64,000 nt of DNA from Candidatus Omnitrophota bacterium (GTDB taxonomy: Bacteria; Omnitrophota; Gorgyraeia; Aquiviventales; JACQRC01), in NCBI GenBank assembly GCA_016206665.1, contig JACQRC010000015.1, forward strand, positions 118-64,117. Reading direction: 5' to 3'. A program made the position numbers and the translations under genes. The notes beneath the pieces are model-generated. The model had not been told where the DNA came from. It did no database searches and was given only the letters and a program-made list of their open reading frames with translations. Positions 54,019 to 63,036 of this stretch are shown here, piece by piece; the stretch's first letter is position 1; the number at the start of each line of letters is the position of its first letter.

Positions 54019-55808
54019 TGCTCCAGCGTGCCCTGGGCGCCGCAACACTCGCCGCGCTCATCAGCACAGCGATGCTTCCTTTCATCCGGCGCGTGGCCCT
54101 GCGTTGGGGGTGGGTGGCCAAGCCCCGCCACGAACGGTGGCACCGTCGGGTGGTGACCCAGTTCGGCGGAGTGGCCATCTGGGCCGGCTTCATCGTGGCT
54201 GCGGTGGCGCTCGGGCCGCGCACGCCAAAATTCTGGGCCGTGTTGGGCGGAGGGACGGCCCTGTTTGTGTTAGGGCTGTTGGATGATTTTATCCGGATCA
54301 AGCCCTATTCCAAGGTCCTGGGCCAGGTAATCGTGGCCTGTGGATTGCTGCTCGCCGGCATCCGCGTCGAGATCATCCCGTGGGAGTGGGTCGCGGTGCT
54401 GGTCACGATCGTGTGGTTTGTGCTGTTGACCAACGCCATCAATCTGCTCGATAACATGGACGGCCTCGCGGCCGGTGTCGTGGCGATTGCCGCCTGCTTT
54501 CTGGCGATTCACGGCTGGTGGGGCGGGTCCGCCCCCGTCCTCGTGCTCTCGACGGCCCTGGCCGGCGCGTCCATCGGGTTTCTTCGTTATAACTTTCCCC
54601 CTGCGCGCAGTTTCATGGGTGATGCCGGCAGCCAGTTCCTGGGCGGGACGCTGGCAGCCGTCGCGTTGATGGGCACCTGGAAGCACACCACCCAGCTGGT
54701 GAGCGTCCTGGCGATTCCCGTGCTGATTCTCTCGGTGCCCATTTTTGACACCGTGTTTGTGACGGTCCTGCGGCTCATGAACAAGCGCCGGCCCTTTCAA
54801 GGGGGCACCGACCACATCTCGCACCGGCTGGCCATCATGGGGCTGACGGAGCGGCAGGTGGTGCTGAGCCTGTATGGCGTGAGCCTCGGCTTCGGATTGT
54901 TGAGCATCTACTGTGCAGCGTGCCGGCCGGTCACGATGTGGGTGATCCTGCCGTTGTCACTCATCGGGCTGCTCATCTGCGGCGCCTATCTGGCGAAGGT
55001 CAAGGTCTATCAATTGGAACGGCTCACGACGGACCGCCAGGCCCAAACCTCGAGGGGCCAGGTCGTCATCGAGACCACGCTGTGGTACAAGCGTCGGATC
55101 GTTGAAGTCGTGACGGACGTGGTGCTGATCGGTGTGGCCTTTGTGGGAGCGCATCTGCTGCGGTTCGAGGGGATGCTCTCCTACGACCTGCAGCGCTTGA
55201 TCGTGCAGGCGCTGCCGGTGTTGGTGGTCCTGAAGATTACCATGTTCTATCTATGCGGCCTCTATCGGGGACTATGGCGGTACGCGAGCCTCACCGATGT
55301 CATCGCCATCTTCAAGGCGGTCAGTTTGGGCTCCGTCGCATCGGCCGTGGCCCTCGTCCTGCTGTGGCGGTTCATCGGCTACTCCCGGGCCGTGCTCATC
55401 ATCGACTGGCTGCTGCTCTTCTTAGGGGTCTGCGGGACCCGTGTGGCGGAGCGGCTGCTCGACGAGCTCATTACCTCGGCCACGGTCAGCCAACGGCAGG
55501 TGGTCATCTTCGGCGCCGGCGATGCGGGGGAGCTGGCCTTGCGCAAGTTGAAGCAGCACCGCCTGCTGCGGCCGAAGGTCGTGGGTTTTGTGGATGAGGA
55601 TCTGCTCAAGGTGGGCCAGTCCATCCATGGGGTGCCGATCATGGGTACCCGCGAGCAACTGACAGAGCTGGCGCAGGTCAGCCGCATCGACGAATTGATC
55701 GTGGCCGTGCCCGGACTGTCACGCCAGGCGCTGGGCGAGATCACCGAACAGTGCCGCCTGCTCGGCATCCGGCTGCGGAGCCTCAGCGACGTGCTGGTGG
55801 ATGAGTAG
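54018..55808 (+). CDS. WecA/MraY-family polyprenyl-phosphate HexNAc-1-phosphate transferase fused to a CapD/WbpM-N-terminal-like TM + Rossmann-like module
   Basis: TAATG junction. N-terminal motifs are NAINLLDNMDGLAAG, FMGDAGSQFLG and PIFDTVFV. The C-terminal part has 4 hydrophobic helices, YRGLWRYASLTD and QVVIFGAGDAGELALRKL...VVGFVDED...IHGVPIMG...IDELIVAVP. Confidence 0.8.
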   Translation: MLQRALGAATLAALISTAMLPFIRRVALRWGWVAKPRHERWHRRVVTQFGGVAIWAGFIVAAVALGPRTPKFWAVLGGGTALFVLGLLDDFIRIKPYSKVLGQVIVACGLLLAGIRVEIIPWEWVAVLVTIVWFVLLTNAINLLDNMDGLAAGVVAIAACFLAIHGWWGGSAPVLVLSTALAGASIGFLRYNFPPARSFMGDAGSQFLGGTLAAVALMGTWKHTTQLVSVLAIPVLILSVPIFDTVFVTVLRLMNKRRPFQGGTDHISHRLAIMGLTERQVVLSLYGVSLGFGLLSIYCAACRPVTMWVILPLSLIGLLICGAYLAKVKVYQLERLTTDRQAQTSRGQVVIETTLWYKRRIVEVVTDVVLIGVAFVGAHLLRFEGMLSYDLQRLIVQALPVLVVLKITMFYLCGLYRGLWRYASLTDVIAIFKAVSLGSVASAVALVLLWRFIGYSRAVLIIDWLLLFLGVCGTRVAERLLDELITSATVSQRQVVIFGAGDAGELALRKLKQHRLLRPKVVGFVDEDLLKVGQSIHGVPIMGTREQLTELAQVSRIDELIVAVPGLSRQALGEITEQCRLLGIRLRSLSDVLVDE

Positions 55809-57006
55809 CCGCTTCCTGCGCGGCGGGCTCTACGTCCTCGCCGTCTGCCTCCCATTTTCCATTGCCCTCGTGGAGGTGAGCTTCGGCGTGATGCTCTTCG
55901 CCTGGGCGGGACGCCTGTGGGAACGCCGGCGGAGCCGGGCGGCCTGCTGGACGCTGCCGGCGCAACTCACGTGGCCGCTGGCCGCCTACGTGGTAGCGTG
56001 CCTGCTCTCAGTGGCGTGGAGCACGGATTGGCGTTTGAGCCTGACCGGGTTGATCGGCAAAACCCTCGAGTACCTGGGGTTTCTCGTGATCGTCGCCGAC
56101 GTGGCGCGTGACCGCGCCGTGGTCCGCAGGGCGGTGATGCTCTTCGGCATCTCGGCGGTCCTGGTCTGCCTGGATGGGTGGCTGCAGGAGTGGACAGGGT
56201 CGGATCTGCTCCGGCACACCATGGCCCGCACCGGCTACGGGCGCATGACCGGGCCGTACCGGAGCCCCAACGATCTGGCGACGTACTTGATGGTCACGCT
56301 CCTGCTGGCGTGGGCAGCCTGGTCGCAACCGGGGCGGGCCGGGCGGTGGTGGCGCCTCGGCGGTCTGCTCCTGCTCTTCATCACCTTTGTGCGGACCGAC
56401 TCGCAGGGGGCCTGGCTGGGCGTGGGAGCCGGCGGGCTGCTCCTCGTGCGGCGCCTCAAACGCGCGTGGCAGCCGCTCGTGGTCGGCCTGCTGCTGCTTC
56501 TGGCCGGCGCCGTGGTGGTGTGGCGGCATCATGGCCTGCCGTCGTACGCGCAGGCGATCGGTCACGGTCCCGAGGATCGGTGGTTCATGTGGCAGGCAGG
56601 GCTCGGCATGGTGCGGGACCATCCGTGGACCGGGGTGGGGCTCAACACCTTCATGGCCAACTACCTGCAGTATTGGGTGGGCGGGGAGCAGATGCCGCGT
56701 TATGCGCACAACTGTTATCTGCAGACGGCCGCGGAAGTCGGCATCCCGGGTCTGCTCGCTTTTCTGTGGCTACTGGCGGCACTCCTCGTGACGTGGTGGC
56801 GCCGTCTGGGCGATCTGGCGCCTGAGGCGGACCGTGCCCTCCTCGTCGGTCTCTCGGCAGCTGCGCTGGCTTTTCTTGTCCAGTCGGCCGTGGACACGAA
56901 TTTTTACGCCCTCCGGCAGGTTGTCCTGTTCTGGGTCGTGGCCGGACTGGCGACGGGCCTGGCCCAGTCCGCCGCCGCCCGTCCCGCCGCCATCGGTTCC
57001 TCCTGA
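55801..57006 (+). CDS. O-antigen ligase / Wzy_C-family polytopic membrane protein
   Basis: It is polytopic. The loop with RTDSQGAWLG and the later AHNCYLQTAAEVGIPGLLAF (HN..L...E.G motif) are typical of WaaL/Wzy_C proteins. Confidence 0.7.
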   Translation: MSSRFLRGGLYVLAVCLPFSIALVEVSFGVMLFAWAGRLWERRRSRAACWTLPAQLTWPLAAYVVACLLSVAWSTDWRLSLTGLIGKTLEYLGFLVIVADVARDRAVVRRAVMLFGISAVLVCLDGWLQEWTGSDLLRHTMARTGYGRMTGPYRSPNDLATYLMVTLLLAWAAWSQPGRAGRWWRLGGLLLLFITFVRTDSQGAWLGVGAGGLLLVRRLKRAWQPLVVGLLLLLAGAVVVWRHHGLPSYAQAIGHGPEDRWFMWQAGLGMVRDHPWTGVGLNTFMANYLQYWVGGEQMPRYAHNCYLQTAAEVGIPGLLAFLWLLAALLVTWWRRLGDLAPEADRALLVGLSAAALAFLVQSAVDTNFYALRQVVLFWVVAGLATGLAQSAAARPAAIGSS

Positions 57007-58010
57007 TGGATGCGCCGCCACAGGCGCTGGATCCCCGCGCCGTTGTGTGGATTCGTCTCGACCGATTCGGGGAGGTGTTGTTGAACCTGCCGGCGGTCGG
57101 GGTCCTGCGCCGCGCCTATCCCGCCGCCCGCATCACCCTGCTCGTCCAGCCGTATCTCAGCGAATTAGTGGCCGGCTCTCCGGACGTGAACGAGGTCCTC
57201 AGCTACGCGCCGTCATCCGGTGATGCCTGGTGGCGTGAAGCGTGGCGTGTCGCGCGGTTGCTGCGACCGCACCGGTTCGATGTGGCGGTCGTGGCGCATC
57301 CCAAGAAATCGCTGCACCTCGCCGCCGCGTTGGCCGGGATTCCGCGGCGGCTGGGCTATGATCGGAAGTGGGGCTGGCTCCTGACGCATCGTCTTGCGGA
57401 TGACAAGGTGGCACGGCGCCGGCATGAGGTGGATGCCAACGTCCATCTGCTGGAACGGCTGGGGATTGTCGCTGAACCGGTCCCGCTGTCGCTCCCGGTC
57501 GCTGCGAAGACGGCCATCCGCGTCGCCGCCCTGCTCAGACAGGAGGGAATCCACGATGGCGATTGCATAGTGGGCCTGCACCCGTGGACGTCCCATCCGC
57601 GCAAGCAGTGGCCGGTCGAGCGCTTCAGGCAATGTCTCGAACGGCTCGCCACGACCACGCCGGCGGTGCCGGTTATCCTCGGCGGCGTCGAGGAGGCCGA
57701 AGCCGCCCGACGGCTCTGCGCAGGGCTCGGCTCGCGGCCGGTGTCGCTGGCCGGCCGCGTGAATCTTCTGGAACTGGCGGCGCTATTGCAGCGGTGCCGG
57801 GTGTTGCTCACCAATGACAGCGGCCCCATGCATCTGGCTGCCGCGGTGGGCACACCGGTCGTCGCGCTCTTCGGCGGCAGCGACCCTGCCGCCTCGCCGG
57901 AGCGGTGGGCTCCGCGGGGTGACGGCCATACCGTGTTGCGCGCCGAGGAGCTCTCCGCGATTTCGGTGGAGCAGGTCGTGCAGGCCGTCCAGCGTTACCT
58001 GGCGTCATGA
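57006..58010 (+). CDS. GT9 family glycosyltransferase (heptosyltransferase-like), copy 1
   Basis: TGATG junction. Motifs are IRLDRFGEVLLNLPAVGVLRRAYP and the GT9 signature LLTNDSGPMHLAAAVGTPVVALFG. Confidence 0.8.
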   Translation: MDAPPQALDPRAVVWIRLDRFGEVLLNLPAVGVLRRAYPAARITLLVQPYLSELVAGSPDVNEVLSYAPSSGDAWWREAWRVARLLRPHRFDVAVVAHPKKSLHLAAALAGIPRRLGYDRKWGWLLTHRLADDKVARRRHEVDANVHLLERLGIVAEPVPLSLPVAAKTAIRVAALLRQEGIHDGDCIVGLHPWTSHPRKQWPVERFRQCLERLATTTPAVPVILGGVEEAEAARRLCAGLGSRPVSLAGRVNLLELAALLQRCRVLLTNDSGPMHLAAAVGTPVVALFGGSDPAASPERWAPRGDGHTVLRAEELSAISVEQVVQAVQRYLAS

Positions 58011-58101
58011 CCCCACCACCTGCCGCATGGCCCGTAGGGCCGGGCCCGCCGATGGCGGGCCGCCCGCCGTTCCGGCGGGGCGCGTCAGGTGGTGGGGTGA
58101 C
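58007..58101 (-). repeat. 95-bp palindromic intergenic repeat, copy 2 (inverted relative to copy 1)
   Basis: ATGAC (58007-58011) and GTGAC (58097-58101) flank the TIR ACCCCACCACCTG (58010-58022) / CAGGTGGTGGGGT (58086-58098). The reverse complement aligns by hand to copy 1 at both ends (about 27/29 and 31/35 identities). The central part is divergent but still self-complementary. Confidence 0.85.
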
Positions 58102-59176
58102 CCCCCAGCGCGTGCTGATCGTGAACCCCTTTGGCATCGGAGATGTCCTCTTCACGACACCGGTGATTCGCGCGCTGCGGCAGGCCTGGCCGCAGGCCTA
58201 TCTAGCCTTTCTCGGCAACCGCCGCACCGAACCGCTGCTACGGCACAATCCGCACGTCAACGAGGTCGTGGTGTTTGAGAAGGACGAGTTTCGCCAATGT
58301 TGGCGTCACGAGTCGCCGTGGGCGTGCCTGCGTCGGCTCTGGGCATGGGTGCGCGAGTTGCGGGCCAAGCGGTTTGAGCTGGCGCTGGATTTCTCCTTCA
58401 ACAGCCGCGTCGGCTTTCTGCTGTGGCTGATGGGCATTCCCCGGCGCGTGGGCTTCGATTACCGTCGGCGCGGGCTGTTCCTCACGGAGCGTGTCCCCTT
58501 GGCCGGTTTCGACGACAAGCCCGTGGTGGATTACTACTTTGACTTGCTCGCCGAATTGGGCATTACGGCCGCTGACCGTCACCTGGAGGTGGTCGTGCCA
58601 CCAGAACTCCAGCGGTGGGCGCAAAAGCGCCTGCGAGAGATGGGCATCCGTGCTGGGGAGGCCTTGGTCGGGCTCATCCCCGGTGGTGGGGCGAGCTGGG
58701 GTACCTCCGCTTCGCTTCGTCGTTGGCATGCGGAGGGTTTCGCGGCCGTGGCACAGCGGCTCAAGCGCCGGCCTGGCATGCAGCTCCTCCTCTTTGGCGA
58801 TCACGCGGACCGTGAGTTGTGCCCACCCATCGTGAGCCTCGTTCCCGACATCCATGATCTATGCGACCAGCTCAGTTTAATGGAGTTTGTGGCCTTGTTG
58901 GCTCAGTGCCGGGTCGTAGTGTGCAACGACGGTGGTCCCTTACACTTGGCGGTAGCGGTCGGCACCCGCACGGTGTCCGTCTTTGGACCGGTGAGCGAGC
59001 AGGTCTACGGTCCGTACGCGCCCGACGGCGCTCATCGGGTCATCAGCTACGACCCGGGCTGCCGCCCTTGCTACCAACGATTCCATCTGCCGCCGTGCCC
59101 CATCGACCGCGAGTGCCTGCGGCGGATCACGGCCGACGACGTGGCCCGGGCCGCGGAGGAGCTACTCGCGGCATGA
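58097..59176 (+). CDS. GT9 family glycosyltransferase (heptosyltransferase-like), copy 2
   Basis: Motifs are RVLIVNPFGIGDVLFTTPVIRAL and VVCNDGGPLHLAVAVGTRTVSVFGP. The start is probably GTG 58097 at the right end of the repeat. ATG 58007 is in frame and would add 30 repeat-encoded codons. Confidence 0.8.
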   Translation: MTPQRVLIVNPFGIGDVLFTTPVIRALRQAWPQAYLAFLGNRRTEPLLRHNPHVNEVVVFEKDEFRQCWRHESPWACLRRLWAWVRELRAKRFELALDFSFNSRVGFLLWLMGIPRRVGFDYRRRGLFLTERVPLAGFDDKPVVDYYFDLLAELGITAADRHLEVVVPPELQRWAQKRLREMGIRAGEALVGLIPGGGASWGTSASLRRWHAEGFAAVAQRLKRRPGMQLLLFGDHADRELCPPIVSLVPDIHDLCDQLSLMEFVALLAQCRVVVCNDGGPLHLAVAVGTRTVSVFGPVSEQVYGPYAPDGAHRVISYDPGCRPCYQRFHLPPCPIDRECLRRITADDVARAAEELLAA

Positions 59177-60066
59177 GGGTGGCGCTCATCTTCAACTGGG
59201 ACCGGGCCGACACGGTGGGGCTGTATTTCCAGCGGGCCCTCGCCGGCACCGGCCACACGGTCGATCACTACTGGACCAAGGCGGCCGCGGCGATCCCGCG
59301 GACCTACGACCTCTACCTGCGGGTCGATCACGGTGACTACACAGACGATCTGCCCGCCGATCTGCAACCTTGCGTCTTTGTGGTGGTGGACACCCATCTG
59401 CCCAAGCCCTACAAGAAGATCCGGCGGCAGGTGACGCATTATGATCTGGTCTGCTGCGCCCAGCAGGAGGGAGCGCTCCGGCTCCAGCGCGACACGGGGA
59501 CGCCCTGTTGCTGGCTGCCGCTCGGCTGCGATCCGGAGATTCATCGGAGGCTGGAGGTTCCCAAACAGTACGACATCGGCTTTGTCGGAACGGATGGCAA
59601 GAAGAGCCTGCGCAAGCAACTGCTCGCCCAGCTGACGCAGCGGTATCCCCGCAGCCGGATCGGGACCGCGCCCCACACCGAGATGGCGTCGATCTACAGC
59701 GCCGCACGAATTGCCTTTAATTATTCGCTGCGGAATGATATTAATATGCGGATGTTCGAAGTCCTCAGTTGCGGGGCCCTCCTGGTCACGAACGCCATCC
59801 ACGACAACGGCTTCGGGCAGCTGTTTCGCGACCGGGAACACCTGGTGAGCTACCAATCGCCGGACGAGTTGTGGCGGCTCATCGACTATTACCTCGCCCA
59901 TGAAGCGGAGCGTGAGGCGATCGCCGCGCGCGGGCGCCATCTGGCGACGGCTGCGCACACCTATCGCCACCGCGTGGGCGTCCTGCTCGAGCTGGTGGGT
60001 CGCCTGCTGGGCGGCCGCTATCCATCGCTCGCCATGTTGAAGGAGTCGACATGCGCATCCTCGTAA
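59173..60066 (+). CDS. CgeB-like glycosyltransferase (DUF3880 / Glyco_trans_1_2-type)
   Basis: ATGA overlap. YDIGFVGTDGKKSLRKQLL..., NMRMFEVLSCGALLVTN and ...YYLAHEAEREAIAARG resemble CgeB/YkvP-type proteins. Confidence 0.6.
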   Translation: MRVALIFNWDRADTVGLYFQRALAGTGHTVDHYWTKAAAAIPRTYDLYLRVDHGDYTDDLPADLQPCVFVVVDTHLPKPYKKIRRQVTHYDLVCCAQQEGALRLQRDTGTPCCWLPLGCDPEIHRRLEVPKQYDIGFVGTDGKKSLRKQLLAQLTQRYPRSRIGTAPHTEMASIYSAARIAFNYSLRNDINMRMFEVLSCGALLVTNAIHDNGFGQLFRDREHLVSYQSPDELWRLIDYYLAHEAEREAIAARGRHLATAAHTYRHRVGVLLELVGRLLGGRYPSLAMLKESTCASS

Positions 60067-61163
60067 CAGGCGGGGCCGGGTTCATCGCCTCGCATCTGGT
60101 CGATGGTCTGGTGGCCGCCGGTCACCGGGTGACGGTGCTGGACAATTTTGATCCGCAGGTCCATCAGCGCAGCCGTCCGGCCTACCTGAATCCCCGGGCC
60201 GAGTACGTCACGGGCGAGGTGCAGGACCGATCTGCGCTTGAGCGGTTGATCCCGCAGGCGGAGGTGCTCTATCACCAGGCGGCCGCGGTCGGCGTCGGCC
60301 AGTCGATGTACCAGATCGCTCATTACATGCAGGCCAACACCCAGGCCACCGCGGTGCTGTTGGATGTGCTGGTCAACACGAAGGCGAAACTGCGCAAACT
60401 GATCGTCGCCAGCTCCATGAGCATCTATGGGGAGGGCCTGTACCGGTGCGTATCCTGCGGGCCGGTCGCCCCGCAGCTGCGCCAGCCAGAGCAACTGGCG
60501 CGGCATGAATGGGAAGCGCGCTGTCCGCGGTGCGGCCGGCCCGCCACGCCGATCCCCACGACGGAAGACAAACCACGCCATCCCACCTCCATCTACGCGT
60601 TGTCCAAGCAGGACCAGGAAGCGATGTGCCTGCTGATCGGCACCGCCTACAAGATTCCGACGGTGGCCCTGCGGTACTTCAACGTCTACGGACCGCGGCA
60701 GTCGCTCTCCAATCCCTACACCGGGGTGTGCGCCATCTTCTCCTCGCGGATCAAGAACGGGCATGCGCCCCTCATTTATGAGGACGGGTTGCAGTCGCGC
60801 GACTTCATCCATGTCGCCGATATCGTCCAGGCGAATCTGCTGGCGCTTGAGCGTCCGGAGGCGGACGGCCAGGTCTTCAACGTCGGCACCGGAACGCCCA
60901 CCACCATTCTGGATATCGCGCGGGTCCTGGCCAAACTGTACGGCTCATCGGTCGCCCCGCAGATCGTCGGCAAGTACCGCACCGGCGATATCCGCCACTG
61001 CATCGCGGATGTCTCCCGGTTGCAGGCGCTGGGTTTCCAGCCCGCGCACACGCTGGAGACCGGTTTGCGCGATCTGGTGGCCTGGGGCAAGGCCACGGAG
61101 GCGGTCGACCGGGTCGACGAGGCCGCGCAAGAGCTGGAGGCGCGGGGGCTGTGTCAGGGGTAG
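60051..61163 (+). CDS. NAD-dependent sugar epimerase/dehydratase (extended SDR) with an internal CxxC...CxxC zinc-ribbon insertion
   Basis: Motifs are MRILVTGGAGFIASHL, SSMSIYG and YALSK. The insertion CVSCGPVAPQLRQPEQLARHEWEARCPRCG lies between the Ser and Tyr-Lys catalytic motifs. Confidence 0.85.
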   Translation: MRILVTGGAGFIASHLVDGLVAAGHRVTVLDNFDPQVHQRSRPAYLNPRAEYVTGEVQDRSALERLIPQAEVLYHQAAAVGVGQSMYQIAHYMQANTQATAVLLDVLVNTKAKLRKLIVASSMSIYGEGLYRCVSCGPVAPQLRQPEQLARHEWEARCPRCGRPATPIPTTEDKPRHPTSIYALSKQDQEAMCLLIGTAYKIPTVALRYFNVYGPRQSLSNPYTGVCAIFSSRIKNGHAPLIYEDGLQSRDFIHVADIVQANLLALERPEADGQVFNVGTGTPTTILDIARVLAKLYGSSVAPQIVGKYRTGDIRHCIADVSRLQALGFQPAHTLETGLRDLVAWGKATEAVDRVDEAAQELEARGLCQG

Positions 61164-62293
61164 ACGCAGGAGGAACCATCCGCTGCGATCTGGTCCTGCT
61201 GACGTGGGACCATCTCGAAGAAACGCGGCCATGCCTGGAGTCGCTCTTCGCGCACACGCGGGTGCGGTGCCGGCTGTTCATCGTCGATAACGGCAGCGTC
61301 TCGCCCGCGAAGGAGTATCTCGACAAGGTCCGCGGAAACGACTGGATCGAGGTCCAGCTACTGCGCAACGCGACCAACGAAGGCTTCCCGTGCGGGATGA
61401 ACCGCGGCCTGCGCGCCTCCACCGCGCCGTGCGTCTGTCTGCTCAATAACGATCTGCTGTTTACGCCAGGGTGGCTGGAGCGCTTGCTGGAAGTGGCGGA
61501 CGCCCATCCCGAGCTGGGCGTGCTCAATCCGGCCAGCAACAACTTCAGCGAACTCCCGCCGCGGGGGATGTCGTTGGCGGCCTATGCCGGCGAGCTCGAA
61601 GCGCAACGCGGGCAGTACCGCGAGATCGGGACCTGCGTCGGTTTCTGCATGCTCATCACGCGGCCGGTCATCGAGCGGATCGGCCTCTTGGATGAGACGG
61701 TGAACCAGATCTTCTTTGAGGACACCGACTATTGCCGCCGCGCCGTCGCGGCCGGCTTTCGGTGCGCTCTCGTGCCGTCGTCCTATGTCTGGCATCATGA
61801 GCATCGGACCGTCCGGAAGATGGCGCAGCGGGAGGAGATCTTTCAGGAGAACCGACGGCGGTTCGAGCAGCGCTGGGGCCGGCCGCTGCGCATCCTGTAT
61901 GCCCGGCGGCGCCCGCTGGTCCCCGGGGACCCTGCCACGCGGCAGGAGCTGGCGCGCAGCGTGGACTGGGCCCGGCGGGGGGCCTTCATCCAGCTCTACC
62001 ATCCGCAGGCTAACGGCGGCGCGGACCGGGCGAAGCTCTTCCGCGCCGCCGGGCTGGCGGAGCACGCGGACGTGACGGTCACCCCGGTGACGGTGGGCGG
62101 GTGGCGCTGGGTGGTCCTGGCGCGGCTGCTGGCGCGCCGCAAGAAGCCCTTCGATTTGTTGGTGACGGACGACGCGCAGCTGCTGCGATGGGCGAGACGG
62201 CTGCGCGCGTGCCACCACGCCCTCGCCGTCGACGCCGAGGATGAGACAGGATTCCAGCAGGCATGGCAACAACAGTCCCACTCTCCGTCGTAA
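61151..62293 (+). CDS. GT2 family glycosyltransferase with about 130-aa C-terminal extension
   Basis: GTG 61151 has a 13-nt overlap. Motifs are DLVLLTWDHLEETRPCLESL, FIVDNGS, NEGFPCGMNRG, LLNNDLLF and FFEDTDYC. Confidence 0.75.
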   Translation: MSGVDAGGTIRCDLVLLTWDHLEETRPCLESLFAHTRVRCRLFIVDNGSVSPAKEYLDKVRGNDWIEVQLLRNATNEGFPCGMNRGLRASTAPCVCLLNNDLLFTPGWLERLLEVADAHPELGVLNPASNNFSELPPRGMSLAAYAGELEAQRGQYREIGTCVGFCMLITRPVIERIGLLDETVNQIFFEDTDYCRRAVAAGFRCALVPSSYVWHHEHRTVRKMAQREEIFQENRRRFEQRWGRPLRILYARRRPLVPGDPATRQELARSVDWARRGAFIQLYHPQANGGADRAKLFRAAGLAEHADVTVTPVTVGGWRWVVLARLLARRKKPFDLLVTDDAQLLRWARRLRACHHALAVDAEDETGFQQAWQQQSHSPS

Positions 62294-63036
62294 TCATCAC
62301 GAAGAACGAAGCCGCGCGCCTGCCGGCGTGCCTGAAGAGCGCGGCTTGGGCGGCCGAGCGGCTGGTCGTCGACGATGAATCGACCGACGGCACGGTCGCC
62401 GTGGCCGAAGGTCTGGGCGCGCGGGTGCTACGCCGGAAGATGGATATCGAAGGCCGCCACCGCAACTGGGCATATGCCCAGGCGACCCAGCCCTGGATCT
62501 TTTCGCTCGATGCGGACGAGCAGTTCACCCCGGAACTGCAGCAGGAGATCACCGCGCTCCTGGCGGGAGCGCCGGCCGTCAATGTGTATGCCGTGCCCCG
62601 GCGCAACTACATCGGCTCGACGTGGATCCGCCACGGCGGCTGGTATCCCAGCGAGCAGGTGAAGCTGTTCAAGCAGGGCACCTTTCAGTGGGAGGAGGCC
62701 GAGGTCCATCCGCGGGCCCTCACCGAGGGGCCGTGGGGCACACTCAAGAGCGACCTGCTCCACTATTCGTACCGTGACTTCAATGACTTTCTCGAGAAGT
62801 TGAACGGCCAGACCCGGCGAGAGGCAGTCAAGTGGCATCGCACCGGCCGCCGGGTGAGCCTGGGCAAATGCCTGTGGCGGGCGACCGACCGGTTCTGGCG
62901 GAGCTGGCTGCTGAAGGCCGGCTACCGCGACGGCTTCGTGGGATTCATGGTGGCCTGCTTTGCCGGGTGGTATCAATTGATGAGCTACGCCCACTACTGG
63001 GAGCTGACGCACGGGACCACCTCCAATGCCGCGTGA
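62263..63036 (+). CDS. GT2 family glycosyltransferase (WaaE/KdtX-like LPS-core type), paralogue 1
   Basis: Motifs are LSVVIITKNEAARL, VVDDESTDGT and SLDADE. Confidence 0.8.
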   Translation: MATTVPLSVVIITKNEAARLPACLKSAAWAAERLVVDDESTDGTVAVAEGLGARVLRRKMDIEGRHRNWAYAQATQPWIFSLDADEQFTPELQQEITALLAGAPAVNVYAVPRRNYIGSTWIRHGGWYPSEQVKLFKQGTFQWEEAEVHPRALTEGPWGTLKSDLLHYSYRDFNDFLEKLNGQTRREAVKWHRTGRRVSLGKCLWRATDRFWRSWLLKAGYRDGFVGFMVACFAGWYQLMSYAHYWELTHGTTSNAA

